DNA of 64,000 bases from Camelus dromedarius (Eukaryota). Below the pieces are notes generated by a model. It did no database searches. It was not told the origin of the DNA and was given only the letters and a program-made list of their open reading frames with translations. The stretch spans positions 62,250,001-62,314,000 of the forward strand of contig NC_087437.1 in the NCBI RefSeq assembly GCF_036321535.1, in the 5' to 3' direction. Each line of letters starts with the position of its first letter. Position 1 is the first letter of the stretch. The position numbers and the translations under genes were made by a program. This document shows positions 12,251 to 25,650 of the stretch, piece by piece.

Positions 12251-13729
12251 CAATTTTTTGGAGGAACGCAAGATGGCGGAGGTGTCAGAAAAGTGTTCTC
12301 CCATCACCCCTGCTAATTCCGTGTCACTTACTGTGGGCAATACAGAAAGAAGAAAGAGTCTATGGGAACTGCAGTGGTTCTTGGCATCTGCTGGCCTGAG
12401 GTTGCAGAGCAGAGCGGAGCCCTCCTGCTTCAGCGGGCCATGCTGTATCCGCATCAGAATCCGCAAAGTGGGACACTATCCAGCCGACAGCAGGGAATCT
12501 GCGCATGCTCAGTCAGAGCGCAGCGACCCAACGGTCCGCACCTGATCACCATTTCAATTCTGCCTCCTCGCTCACCCTCTTGGCTTATCAAACTCATTTG
12601 GCCGTGCCCCTAAACCACTTTCAGGCTTCTCCTTCCCTTCCCAGAGCCTTGGGGAATTTCCTTAAACATCAAACAAACAAACAAACAAACAAAAACCTAC
12701 CCTGTTTCCAGTTCTTTTGAACGATGGCTTACTTTTGAGCAAATAACCCACTTCTTGCTATGTCTTATCCCCTCTGTGTCCACGTGGATGCCCAAGAGGA
12801 GAGGATCAGATGTGGTGGTTGCACGGGCTGGCGGTTACACCATACTGTTTGCGTATCTCTGCAGACAGAGAAATGCGTAAGTTTGTACTCACCACACACT
12901 GCTCAGCAGCCTGCATCTGAGAGATGTACCTGGGCTCCTTTGAGGGGATTCACAAGCAGAAATAGATGACTGTCAGTTTCAGGCAGCAAGTAGTGGTGTA
13001 AGCCTCTGACTCTGGACCAGGTACTCTTCTTGGGGCAGTGGGGAAGGTCACATTCAAGTAGAAGTCGAAGCAGATGGCAAGAAAGGCCCACCAGCATCAG
13101 GAGGTCCCCAGTTGGCTGTGCTCCTGGGCATGCAGCCCATCTCACAGCAAGGCTGGTTCCCTTTCCCTGTTCCCTGGTCTGATGGGCTGGGGTGAGTGGA
13201 GGGTGGATAGCAGTTGACTACCCACCACCATTCATTGAGGTGAGGGTGACCACAGCCTCCTTCTAAAAGAGGCAGAGTGGTTCTCTGAATGGGAGTGTCT
13301 AAAATAGTGGAGAGCCTGGGCTTTTCTCACTTTTTAACTGTTTCTTTAAAAACACACGTGTGCACACACACGTGCACTTTCCTGTTTGTGTCTGTTAGGG
13401 ATGGTTCTCTATAAAAAGAAGCTGGGCTCACCACATGTGAAGACTGGCTTAAAATATGGGCCATGTGGTCTACATCAGCTTCACTTTGGGCAGCCCTGAG
13501 GGTGAGTGGCGTTTCAAAGGATTAGCAGTCATCCCCCAGCAGCCAGCAAAGGGGCTCGATGAATGCTGATCGGTGCAGTGTGACATACACCATATGTGTT
13601 AAGAGGCTGAAGATGAGGAAATAACAGGGCTTTCAAATCTTGTCCTCAAACTGTAAGTCATGAGGATAGATGCTGGCAACTTTTTAACTGAACTGCTTGG
13701 CAGATGGGAAACTCTGTGTAACTCTATAT

Positions 13730-14150
13730 GTCTGTATTGGTCAGGGTGGGCTTGCTGCTGCAACAAACAGCCCTCAAATTCAGTGACTTGACACTTTATA
13801 CATTTATCTCTGGCTCCTGTTTCAGTCTAAGTCAGAAGAGGTTGAGGAGCTCTGCTCCACACTGTCATTTAGGGACCACTGTCATTCTGCTCCACAGTGT
13901 CATGCTCTGACAGTCTGTTTTGTAGCTGAACATCTTCAAGGCCCTCGGTCTTCCCCTGAATTCTCAGCATCCAAGTGACAGGTGAGAGAAGAAAGGGAGG
14001 AGGCGGTGGTGATTTCAAGGGCTAAGAGGGCTCATATCACTTCCTCCCACGTGCCATTAGGAGACTGGCTGGGAAATGCTGGCCAGCTGTGTGCTCAGGG
14101 AGAGGAGGACCAGGTTTGGCTGGCATCTGGCCAGTCTCTGCCACTGTGCT
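13730..14150 (-). mobile_element. Old MLT1 (J/K-like) LTR
   Basis: tgtattggtcagggtgggcttgctgctgcaacaaacagccctcaaattcagtgacttga...tcacttcctcccacgtgccatt. Confidence 0.6.
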
Positions 14151-14279
14151 CAGGATGAGAATGTCTGGACTGGGCTCTTCATTGGTGGCAGATGAGTTAG
14201 TCTCCTGATCTGCCCTGAGTAGGCTAACCCCTTCAGAGCTCTGCCCTCTGTAGGAAATTACACGTTTGAGCCAACAATT

Positions 14280-14620
14280 CTCCCATTCTTTAAATCATGC
14301 TTGGAATTCCATTTTCAGTATTCTCTTCAGGCCCTTTCAATATTCTCATGAATGATGAATTTTTATCTTTTGAGGGTTTGATTTCTGGAAGCACCAAGAA
14401 TGACTTAGAACCAAATCTAGGAATAAGGATACTGCTCAAGCTAGATCATCTTCTTTGGGTCAAAAATGAGGTGTGACCATAAAGCAAACTGACTCCTGAG
14501 ACAACTTCCAAAGGTGAGATCCCAACACAACACGTTCTGAGGACTGACAGTCACTGGAATAATTCTGTAAGTCCTGTCAAGGTGCTGATTTGAAGGAACA
14601 GAATTTATTTAGATAAACTG
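14280..14620. mobile_element. MARNA-like non-autonomous mariner fossil
   Basis: tttgagggtttgatttctggaagcaccaagaatgacttagaaccaaatctaggaataagg and caaaaatgaggtgtgac resemble recalled MARNA. Confidence 0.55.
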
Positions 14621-15399
14621 TACGTGTGTGTGCATGTGCATGTGTGTGTATGTGCATGTGTGTAGGTGTACTGAGCAACTCTGTAGTTTTGCATCTTTTA
14701 ATTTGTGTTGGTTTTTTTTTTTTTTTTCGCCCAACCAGATCAAAAGACCTTCAGTAGTAGAGGCATATCTTCAGTTTTAAATCATCCCAATTCATGGTTT
14801 GAAGTACTTTTTAATGTGCCCTGTCAACTCATGCAACTCATCATAGATTCATTCAATCATTTACTTAGCAAGTATTTATTGAATGTCTTATATGTGTAAA
14901 GCCATTTTTTTTTAATTCAGAATCTGTGAAACCAGATGACAGCGATTGCTGCCCCAGTAGTCTGCAGCTCAGTTTGTGTTCTGGGGATGAAGAAGCAGGA
15001 ACTGGGCATAGACTTCTTGGATGGCCAGGAGGGGAGGAAACAGGGCTTGCAATAGACTGCACTTGGATGGTTCAACCAAAGTGTTCCGAGAGGAAGAATT
15101 ATCTATCCCATTTTCTTATAGACTGAGGGCACTGGATCACCTCTTCTCTGGACTGGTGTTTTACCTTCCTGGGTAAATACAGTGCCCTGGAATATCTTCC
15201 CATCTGTTTTAGAATTAGTTATGTTATCCTAAGACACCTAACCTGAGCTTATCTTTTCCTCATGAGCAGTAGGAGGAGGCATAAGAGATAGGGGTCAGCC
15301 CTGTTCTATGGCTGCAGCCCCAGGGACAAATTTGGGGATCCCATTACTCCATCCTACATCTACGTTCCGAGGTAAGCGTATAAAGACTTCTTTCTGAAA

Positions 15400-16290
15400 G
15401 AGTGGTTCCCAGCTCACTGATACAAAAAATGAACTGGGATTCCTGCTAAAATGCAGTTTCCTGGGCCCTTCCCAGACCTACTAAACCAGAATTTCTTGGG
15501 TGGGGCCTAGTACATACATTTTTTAAATTTTTATTTTTTATTGAAGTATAGTTGATTTACAATGTTAGTTTCAGGTGTATGGCAAGGTGATTCAGATATA
15601 TGTATATATATATTCAGATTCTTTTCCATTATATGTTATTACAAGAAATTGAATATAGTTCCTGGTGCTATATAGTAGGACCTTGTTGTTTATCTGTTTT
15701 ACATAGCATGTATCTGTTAATCTTGAACTCCTTATTTATCCCTCTCCTGCCCTTTCCTCTTTGGTAACCACAGTTTGTTTTCTATGTCCATGAGTTTATT
15801 TTTGGTTTGTAAATAAGATTTGTATCTTTTTTTAGATTCCACGTATAAGTGATATGTGATATTTGTCTTTCTCTGTCTGACTTACTTCACTTAATATGAT
15901 AATTTCTAGGTCCATCTGTGTTGCTGCAAATGGCATTATTTCATTCTTTTTTATGGCTAAGTACTATTCCATTATATATATGAATGCATGTGTGTGTGAA
16001 AAAATATATATGTGTATATATATATATGCCACATCTTCTTTATCCAATCATCTGTCAATGGACATTTAGGTTGTTCCCATGTCTTGGCTACTGTAAATAG
16101 TGCTGCTATGAATATTTGGGTGCATGTGTCTTTTCAAATTATAGTTTTCTCTGGATACATTCCCAGGAGTAGGATTTCTGGATCATATGGTAAGTCTATT
16201 TTTAGTTTTTTAAGAAACCTCTATACTGCTATGACATACATTTTAAAGTAACTCCTCCCCCAGGTGATTCTCTGAAGTTTGAGAAGCACA
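15400..16290. mobile_element. MER5A split by an L1 insertion (halves about 15400-15522 and 16234-16290)
   Basis: The left half agtggttccc...cccagacctactaaaccagaat...ggggcc and the right half ccccaggtgattct...aagtttgagaagca rejoin across the L1. Confidence 0.75.
15523..16233 (-). mobile_element. 5'-truncated L1 (cetartiodactyl or L1MA-type), about 710 bp
   Basis: ttgaagtatagttgatttacaatg terminus, L1 3' UTR and ORF2 end, TSD acatacatttt at 15512 and 16234. Confidence 0.9.
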
Positions 16291-16789
16291 AGTAGAAAGG
16301 CTTTGGGCTGACCTGAGTCTGGGTCCTATTGTTTCCATCAGCTGCAGGCTCTGTGATGGGCAGCAGCAGTCCCCAGCCAGAGCTCCATGTGTATGTGCTG
16401 GTCCATGCTGGGCTCTGATAGACCAGACTGCAGGGGGGGGCACTTCCCCATGGACGATTAGCCAGAGAAAAAGCACTACAGAATCTTGTTCTGCTGAGAA
16501 CAGTGAAGTTGGGTGGCACCACCTTGGTGTGAAAGTGTGTGCACAGGTGTGTGTGTTTGCAGCTGTGGGTCTCTTTGGAGACCTGGGTACTCACCAGCTG
16601 CCACCAGCTGGTACAGCCCCACCCCGCACCTCTCACTCCAGCTCCCAACTCCTCCTTTCCTTCCAGTCCCACGTCTCAGGATGCTAGAGCTCCCTGCCTG
16701 CCTGGGCTCCACGGTCACAGCACCCATCTGCAGCTAGGGTCCTGCAATTCATGGTCATTCCTCATAAGTAAGAAAATCCTTAGTAAGCC

Positions 16790-16950
16790 AGGTGTTATGC
16801 TGGACACCCATATTCATTGTCTCTTTTGATCGTCACAGTAGCTCAGTGGGGTAGGTACTGCTATTTCCCCCATTTTACAGATGAAGAAACTGAGGCTCAG
16901 GAAAGTTGTCATTAGCTAGTAAGTGGTCATGCTGGATTTGAATTCATATC
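16790..16950 (-). mobile_element. MIR SINE
   Basis: cccattttacagatgaagaaactgaggctcag. Confidence 0.8.
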
Positions 16951-17000
16951 ATTCATTGTTCATGGTCCCCATGGAGGCCAGCCCAGACCCTAAGTCCGCA

Positions 17001-17080
17001 CCTGCTCCTCAGTCCCCCTCCACTCCTCAGTCCCCACCCCGCTCCTCAGTTCCCCCTCCCACTCCTCAGTCCACCACCCC
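17001..17080. repeat. About 20-bp C-rich minisatellite, 4 copies (ctcctcagtcccc...)
   Basis: ctcctcagt recurs four times at about 20-nt spacing. Confidence 0.85.
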
Positions 17081-17107
17081 CTACCCTGCTCCTCCTCCAC
17101 CTGCAGA

Positions 17108-17382
17108 GCAGGTGTTGGCAAACTATAGCCCTGTGGGCCAGATCAAGCCCAGAGTCTATTGTTTTTGAAATTGAGGTGAAATTCATATAAAATAAAAATA
17201 ACCATTTTACTCACTGCCTGTTTTTGAAAATAAAGTTTTATTGGCGCACAGCCACACCCATTCATTCACAGACTGTCTATGGGTGCCTTCCCTCTCCAGC
17301 GGCAGAATTGAGACCATATGGTCCACAAAACCGAAAGTACTGACTCTCTGGCCCCTTATGGAAAAAATTTCCTGGCCCCTGC
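17108..17382. mobile_element. MER58A-like hAT-Charlie element with a short inserted L1 3' end
   Basis: caggtgttggcaaactatagcc...aataaagttttattggcgcacagccacac...ggcccctg. An insert tttgaaattgaggtgaaattcatataa lies at about 17160-17208. Confidence 0.75.
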
Positions 17383-18551
17383 TTTAGCGAGTTTTGATAG
17401 GGATCTACATCCTTGGGAGTGAGTTTCCTCAGACATCTGTATCTCCAATAAGAAACGCCTGCTATTCCTGAAGATGAACTCTCCTCCTTTGTTGGACGCC
17501 ATGCTTTGCACCTCATGGACCTAGCACCTCGGCTGCCTCTGACTCGTCCTTCTGTTTTTACCCAAACACGGCTCAGTCCTGGCAAACACACACCTTGAGC
17601 CTGATCTGTGCCACCCCATTTTTCTTTCTTCCCCTGCCAAATGCCTGGTATATATGGTCATACCTGGATATTCTACTTTCTTATATTTTCCCTCCTTCCC
17701 TCTAAACCCAGCTTGTGCCCTTCAGCTAACCTTTTGCACACATCTCTATGAAACGGTCTTGAAGTTACACAAAATTCAAGTAATCTACCCGGCATCTTAT
17801 CTTTGCAAAGGCCACACTCTCCTGTTATCTTGCTGTCTCAGGTCAGTTACTGGGAACTCACGTTGGTCTCTCCTTTCCTTTCATCTGTTGTTACCAAATT
17901 CTTTTGCATTTTTTTGAAACATCTCTTGGGTAGCTCTCTTCCTTATTCCCACCATCAATTCCTTGGTCCAATCCTTCATCACTTCATGTCAAGATCACTA
18001 GTGTGGCTGAGTGCTCCTCCTCCCTCCCTGTCTCTAATCTGCTCTCTCTAACTCAGTTTTCAAATACAGAGAGCTCGGATAGCGTCAGGCCCTTGGTGGT
18101 TGCCTTCCTCATTCTATCCAGCCTCCTCTCCGCACACGCCCCGTATTGTCCTGAACACAGCAGGTCTTTGTAGGACTCAGCGCCTGTATAATACGCTTTC
18201 TTCCACTCAGAATGTTTTCCTTGCTTGGTAAACTCCTAGACATCCTTCAGGAAAGAATTCTAACGTCACCCCCCTAAGAAAGCTTTCTCCAGAAAATCCT
18301 CAATGCTCTCGGAGCACTGGATTCATACTTACGTCAAACACCTTCCTTTATATTTTACTTATTTATGGATCTGTCTTTTCTCCTAATTTGCTGGCTAGTC
18401 AAGGGCAGGAACCATGTACATCTTCCTTATCTCTGCGAGCTCAGCACAGTGCCAGCTGGTACACAGTAACTGCTTCTTGAGCCACGACTTTGATCATGTC
18501 CCTCTGCTTCTAAACCCTTACATGGACTATTCCTGCTGCACTAAGGTTAGG

Positions 18552-18722
18552 GCAGTGGTTTTCCACCCTGGCTGCAAATTCAGATCCCCTGGGGAGCTTT
18601 TAAAGAATCCTGATGCCCTGGCCCGATGGCCAGAGGTTCTGATTAGGTAGGTGGGTTCCAGGCACTGTTTTGTAAAAACTCCCTCTGCAGTTCTAATCTC
18701 CAGCCAGAGTGGAGAATCACTA
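18552..18722. mobile_element. MER5A-like MITE
   Basis: cagtggttttccaccctggctgca...cctggggagcttttaaa...gagaatcact. Confidence 0.8.
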
Positions 18723-19639
18723 GTCTGATGCCTAGTTTTCAAAGCTCTTGTTCATTCCCCCATCTCCCCAGGAGTTCCTGCTCAGAACTCCTCGTGCACA
18801 AGTGGCCTCCTTCCTGAATCACTCTCTCTCATTCAAGCCACCCTTCCCTCCCCACCCAGACGAGGGCAGCAAGCACAGGGCTGCCAGTGCTGTGGGGGCT
18901 CCCTGAAGGGCGTGAGCGCACAGCACAGGGTTTGTTTGGGTTGGGTGGGGAGGAAGAACTGGGTGGGAGCTGGTGGCGGTGCCTAGCCCGCCTCCCCACC
19001 AGTGTGTGGACAGCACCAGCTTCCCTACATCAACAAATGACTCCATGTTGGCTGAGAGCACAGAGCCTTAGATGTGCTTTGCTGGTCAGCAGACTTGTAG
19101 CCCTGTTTCCTGTCCCACACTGTTACCTGATTCTCTCCTTGCTTGGGGACAGTGCAGGGTAGAGGATGGGGCACTGGGTTGGTACCTGAAGACAAGTCCA
19201 GTCCTGGCCTTCTATGTGTCCTCTGTGGGCACATCCCTCCCTCAGGTCCCTACAACTCAATCAGTGGAGTTTTTTTTTTCGTGTGGCTTACATAGACCAG
19301 GAGCCCCAGCTGTTCTGAGCCGAGGCCACTTGGAAGTAACAAAAGATGTCACAGGCCACCCTTTCCCAGTTGCTCATGTGAAACAAAGACCTTTGGAGAA
19401 AGGGCATTTTGAGACATTTATTGTCTTTTATTTATTATTTATTATCTTTGAGACATGCATTTATCTTTTCTTGCCACAGTGGGTGAGGGATTGGGAAGAT
19501 TTTTGTCTAAAGCCCCAGGTTCAAATTTGTCTTCTCAAATTTTAAAAACAAATAAATCAAGAGCTTCATAAGGTAACTGTTGTTTAATTTTTTCTTTAAT
19601 AAGAAAAGTAATGTACTTTATTTTTGCATGACACTTTTC

Positions 19640-19830
19640 CCTCATCTCCATCATCTTACTTGATCACAGTTACCCTGTGAAGTATTCATGCCTACTGATG
19701 GTAGTAGATTTTACAGTCCGTCTTTTGCTGATGAGGAAACTGAGACTCACTGAGGTTACCTGAATGGCTCAAAGTTGTAGAAACAGAGAATAGAGGTGCC
19801 AGAACAAGGACCCCTGTGTTCTGCTTCTTA
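19640..19830 (-). mobile_element. MIR SINE
   Basis: gatgaggaaactgagactcactgaggtta. Confidence 0.65.
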
Positions 19831-19929
19831 CTCCAGAGCCCTTTTATAAAACATCCCACTTGGTCACCTCCATCTTTTTAAATGGAAACAGTTCCCTTTT
19901 TTCCCCCCTAATTATAAAAGTAATACATG

Positions 19930-20330
19930 CCATCAAAAGACACATACATGAATGTTAATAGCAGCATGATTTGTAATAGCTGCACATGGAAACTACTCAA
20001 ATGCCATTAACAATAGAGGGAAAAACGAATGGTGGGATCGCGAGGGACTCTGAGCAACAGAAGCCAGACACAAAAGGGTACATCTCGCAGCACTCTGCTG
20101 ATAGAAAATACAAAAGCCAGTCTTTTGTATTTTATCAAAAAAGTACTAATCTATGCTGAAAGAGGTCAGGATAGTGGTGGCTGTGTTGGGGAGATGAGTG
20201 GATGGGAACATGCCATCTTTCTGTGAGTGTTGGCTCCACCCAGACCCTGGCAGTGAAATGCATCGTGCCTACCGCCACCACACGTGCACGTTAGTCTGTG
20301 TGCATCGTGTTTTAATGGAAAGTTGTAAAT
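19930..20330 (+). mobile_element. Old L1ME fragment
   Basis: caaaagacacatacatgaatgttaatagcagc...ggaaactactcaaatgcc...gaagccagacacaaaag. Confidence 0.65.
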
Positions 20331-22091
20331 AGTTGCTCATGCTCTTGTAAGAGATGCAGACACCACAGAGAAGGACACATATTCTTCCACAAGTTTTAAA
20401 AATAAAACCCAGAGAATATAGAGATTTATTCCACAAATATTTAAAAAATGTATTTAGTTCTGTGTAACAGTTTGTTAGAGAGAAGAAACAGAAAAGAGAA
20501 GAAGAAGAAAAGGGGATGAGTTGATTGGAGGAAAGGTAGGAAAAGAGAGTCTGATGGAGTCACAGAAATGGGCGAGCCGGGAGGCACGCAGTGATGCAAA
20601 GTGAAATGTGAAGAGAAGTGGAGACTGTGATGCCCAGAAACAGCCCACGGAGGAGACACCTGTGAGCAGAAAGTGACATCATCAAAACCAGAAGAATGGG
20701 GGTCCCACCGGGGTACAGAAGAAGATGGCGACCCCCAGCCTCACAGGGTGAGGCAGAGAGGGCGGCTACGGGGAGTGGGGGAGAGTCCACATGGAGGTGA
20801 AGCCATGGACTTGCCCCTGATGGCTCCCCTAGGCTGTGTGAGGCGAGTGAGGGCTTTTTGAAAGGCAGAGGAGCTTAGCAGTTGCAGGAAGGCGTGGCTT
20901 TCCCAGTGACTCTGGGTCAGGGCCCCCGCACTTGGAAAGTCCTCATGAAATACGTGTTGACTGATGGATTGAATGAAATGATGCCTGCAAACCCAGGCCC
21001 CTCTGACTGTAGTGGGAATGTCACTTTGGGGGTTCTGCTCCTTCCTCAGGGCCCTGGCCACTCTGCCTGGTGTCCTGGCATCCCAGGAATTTCCCTGCCT
21101 GTTCTGGGGAGGATTTTTCACGCTGGAAGATTTTGCAAAATCAGCCCACTTTATCAGAATCCTGTTGCACTGGAGAATGTTCCTGGCTCCTGACGTTTAC
21201 AGTGTGTAACCGATTTTATCGGAGGAATGTTGTTTGGAAAGGAACAGTCCTCTCCGATGGGCAGACAAGAAGCGGAAGGTCATTCGAGGACCCACCCCAA
21301 GCTGTCTGAGTTGAAACTCAGGGTTGCTGTACATGATGCTTGGGAGCCTGGCCAAGCTGTGAGCAAGCCTTCCTTCCCAGAGGAGGTCCCAGCCCGACTG
21401 CAGCGGGCTTGCCTTGCATGTTTGCATTCTCACCTTGGCCCTCCAAGGCAAATGCCTCTGGAGCCCTGCACCAGCGGGCAGAGGAGCAGCAAGGGCTCCC
21501 TAGGCTTGGCCCAGCAGGCAGCCCAGCTAGGGCTGGACAAAACAAAACCATTCCTGACATACCAGAAAGGGACAGAAGGCTTCTCCCAGGAGGTCAAAAA
21601 TAGGGAGATGGGCTGATTCCTTCAGTGCTGTTGTCAGAATCCCAAGGTACTCTGCTCCCTGGAACTCGGAACAAAACAGTGCAGGTGTAGCAAGTGTTCC
21701 CTAGAGGGTCTGCATCCTCTCTCTTCTGTTACAACCCTGATGCTGTCAGGCCTGCCTCGGCCGCTTCCGTCTGCAGGGGTTCTTGATGTATCACTGGGCA
21801 GGGAAAAGGACTGAGGGGGATGCAGACAGGAGACTGAGACGGGAAAGGAGGAGGGGTCAGGAGAGGGAAGAAATCTTTGTTCCTGGTGGGAGGAAACCCG
21901 CCCTAAAATGGGAGAGGGCTGATGTGCCCTGGCTCAGGCCAAGGATGCTGGGTGTCCGTCAGCAGAGAGGAACACGCAGGAAAGAGCTGGAGCTTCTGGA
22001 CGCTGTCCTCGAATCTCTGGGAGCTCTGGACAGGGCAGGCATGCTAGCACATTGGTCTCACCCTCTACAGCTCTTTCTAAACGTCTTCATT

Positions 22092-22595
22092 CTGGCGGGT
22101 AGAATTGTGTCCCCAGAAAGATAGGTTCAAACCTTAACTTTTTGTCTCCATGAATGTGACTTTATTTGAAAAGATCTTTGCAAAAAAAAAAAAAAAATCT
22201 TTGCAGATGCAGCCAAGTTAAAATGAGATCAGACCTAATGAGGCTGGGCTCTGAATAATGAGGCTGGGCTCTGAATCCAATGACTGGTGTCCTTAGAAGA
22301 AGGCCAGGTGAAGACACAGACACACACAGAAGGAAGAAGGCCACTTGGTGATGGAGGCAGAGACTGGAAGGATGTGTCCACAAGCCAAGGAGCACCAAGG
22401 AGGGCTGGCAGCCCCCAGAAATCAGGAAGAGGTGAGGGAGAATTCTCTCCTAGAATCTTCAGAGGAACGAGGGCCCTGCTGACACCTTGGTTTTGGACTT
22501 CCAGCCTCCAGATCTGTACAAGGATTATCTTCTGTTGTTTTTAAGCCACCAAGTTTGTAGGTACTTCGATTACAGTAGGCCTGGGAAACTAATAT
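22092..22595 (+). mobile_element. MLT1C-like solo LTR
   Basis: gggtagaattgtgtcccc...gaatgtgactttatttgaa...gacaccttggttttggacttccagcctccaga...ggaaactaatat. Confidence 0.85.
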
Positions 22596-22899
22596 ATTTA
22601 TGTTCCTGAAAATTTCAAATCCTGAGGCTCCACCCTTTAGACCCTTCACTCTTAACAAATAGCCTTGTGATTGCTATTTTACCAAAAAAAAAAAAAAAAA
22701 AAAAAGTCCTTAGGCAGAAATCCAGGCCCCTTCGCTGTGCCGCCCTCTCCACTTCCCCTCCTCCCAAGGCCGGTCCCACCACCTGTGCTATGGATTTCAT
22801 CCCTCCTGCTTCTCAGAAGCCCCATCCTGTCAGTCATCTTTTCTCTTTCTTAGAACTTTGATTTTTCCCTCTCCCGAGTAGACCCTTTCTATGTTCAAA

Positions 22900-24325
22900 T
22901 TCTCCCACTAAAAACAAGACAAATGCCCTTCTTCCTACATTCGCCTGTAGTTACTGTCCCAACTCACTCTTCCCCTTCAAAGCCAAAGTCTCTTGAAGTT
23001 ATGTTGACTAGCTTGGTTTTGTCACTTCCCATTCCTCCCAATTCGCTCCATTGTCCCTTCTCCTCCACTGAAACCTTTCTTGTTATGGTCTCTGGTGGCT
23101 TCCATGTTGCTGAAACCAATGGGTATTTCTGGTCTTCACCTTACTTGACCTTTCTCTGTTAACCACGATCTTCTTCCGTTTGCTCCAGTGACATAACTTT
23201 CTCCTGGATTTCCTCCCACATCTCGACAGCTCCTTCCCAGTCTCCTTCTGGCAGAATCCCTCTCCCCAGTCATTTCATGGTGTGTCCTCTGGGCTCATTT
23301 TTAGGCTTTCTTCACTTCCTACAATATTCTATGCCCTAGATGACCTCATTCCCTGTTAAGCAGATCTAGAGCTCGAACTTAGACCTCTCCTCTCAGCTCC
23401 AAGTCTGCAGATCTGAATGCACACTTGACATGGCCACTTGGACGTCTCAAAGACGTCCCAAGTCTGAGACAAAGTTAATGATCTTCACCTCAAAGATCTA
23501 GTTCTCATCCATTGTTCCCTTTCCTTGCGAATGGTACCACCATCCATCCAATCATGAGAGCCAGAAATTCAGGAAATCTTTGACCTTTTTCCCTCACCCT
23601 CCCTATCCATCCATGTATCTTGTGGGTTTTACCTCCTGAAATCCCAAATCCGTATTATTCTCTGAATTCAGTTCTATCACCCTTGTCCAAGAATTATTTC
23701 TCACACGGACTTTAAGAGTTGAGGCATCAGCTCTTATTTCTTTTTAAATCACTCCCTTATCATAGCCAAAATGATACTTCTAATTGCAGATTGTGTCATA
23801 CCATACCCCTTTCTCTCTTCCACTCCCACCTTATGCCACCTCCCTAACTTAAAGCCTTTAATGATTTTTCTAAATTCTTGAGATAAAGCAAAAATCTGTT
23901 AAATGTGCTGTTAGGGTCTGCCCGATCTGCTTGCTCTCAAAGTCTCCAGCCTCCCTTCACTCTTTCTCGCTCTCTGTGCTCCAGCCACTTTGGCTTTCTT
24001 TGGTCCTTTCCATTTATCTCAATCCCTCCTGCCTCAGGGCCTTTGCACATGCACTCCCCACTCTCCTTTGCCTGATTACCAGCCTACATATTAATGGCTT
24101 ACACAGCTTTCAGATAGTGGCTCAATCTCATGTTTACAGTGAAACCCAACTCTCTCTCTCCTTCAGGGCACTTTTCACAGTGACAAGTTTACATTTACGT
24201 TCTTTTGATTACCATCTGTCTCCTCCAAGCCTTTAAGCTCTGTGAGATCTCAGACTCACTCAACATCCAGCACAGTGCCAGGCACAGAGTAGTCACTTAG
24301 TAAATATTTGTTGAATGACTAAATA
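22900..24325 (+). mobile_element. L2 LINE fragment including its 3' end
   Basis: C/T-rich L2 body (tgcctcagggcctttgcacatgc) and terminus cagcacagtgccaggcacagagtagtcacttagtaaatatttgttgaatga. Confidence 0.8.
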
Positions 24326-25289
24326 AAAGAAAGAAGGCACTATGTTGGGTTCCGGGGATACAAAGATGAATAAGGCACAGAACTTCCCAGAAAGCAGCTC
24401 ATAGACCAGAGGTGGGAAGGGACAAGCAGAGGAGAGGATGAGTAAACAGACCTGGGATGTGAAAATGTGATGAGCACATAGCAGAGTAACAGGCCAGGGG
24501 AGACAGGGACGCCTGGGCCCAGTGTGCCGCCCCCAAATGAAGCCCAGTCCAGGTGTCTATCGACTGGTTCCTCAGCCCTTGGAGACCCTAGTCCTGTGGT
24601 GTTACTGATATGTAGTCAACAGCTGTGTCCACTGCCACAAACCCTACAGGGACACTGTCCTCAGGAACGGGCACACTTCGGGCCTGTTCAGAATACAGCT
24701 TTATTAAAGGCTCTGGTTGCAATCTGAGCGTCATGTGCAGCACTTTAGTCCGACGAGCTCCTGATGCCTTCTGGACAGTGATTCATCATAGCCTCAGAAC
24801 AACCCCGGGAGGCAGCAGATGGTAATGATCTTTGTCCCCACTGTACAGTTGCAGGGACTGAGGTCAATTGAGATGACCTGACTTGGCCAAGGAGTGAGAA
24901 CAGCTCAGGAACAGAACCTGGAGAGAACCCAAGGCCCTCTCGTCAGGGTCCACCCGTCCGCCCAGTCGGCAGGGGAGGACGCCCGGGCCGAGGACATGCT
25001 GCAGCAGGAGCCTGCAGGCTTGTTTACTTTGGTGCAGAAGGACATTTCATCACCTCTTGGAACTGCAGAATCTCAAAACAGATGGGCCCTGAGAGATAAT
25101 CTGATTCAACACCCATGTTTTATGAAGGAGGAAACTGAGGCCAGAAAGATAAATCTCCCATCCCCCTCCCCTTCCTTTCCCTGTCCTTCTGATATTGAGT
25201 GGTTGCGCAGAGACTGCTGGCTCTCTACCCAAATCCCTTCTCCCCTGGTAGCCTATATGGCTAGACACTATTTCCCAGACTCCTTTGTG

Positions 25290-25650
25290 GTTTGGTGAGC
25301 CACGTGACCGTGTTCTTTTTCAGTGGGATATAAGAGGGAGTGAAGCATACCGCCTTCAGGCCTGGCCCATCAAAACCTCCCATCTGCACATCTCCGTGTT
25401 CCTTTTCCCCTCTGGCTGATTGGGATGTCAGTTCCAATGGCAACTCTGGAAGCCAGACAGCAGAGAGAGGCAGAGCTGCTGTAGGGTGGATCCCTGAAAG
25501 ACTGTGTGAAGGAGAGCCACCCCCTGACCTGAACATCAGTGCCTGAGGCTGTTAAGTGAACCAGGAGGATGAAGTATCTACCACGTGCATCTGCTGCATT
25601 TGGGGAGCCTGTTTGTTACTGCAGCCTAGCCTAACCCTCATCTAACTCAG
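25290..25650 (+). mobile_element. Old MLT1 (H/J-like) LTR
   Basis: gagccacgtgac...ttcaggcctggccc...tttgttactgcagcctagcctaac. Confidence 0.55.

Noticed and set aside
16923..17168. Pro-rich 81-aa ORF
   Set aside because: It is a translation of MIR, a C-rich minisatellite and the start of MER58.
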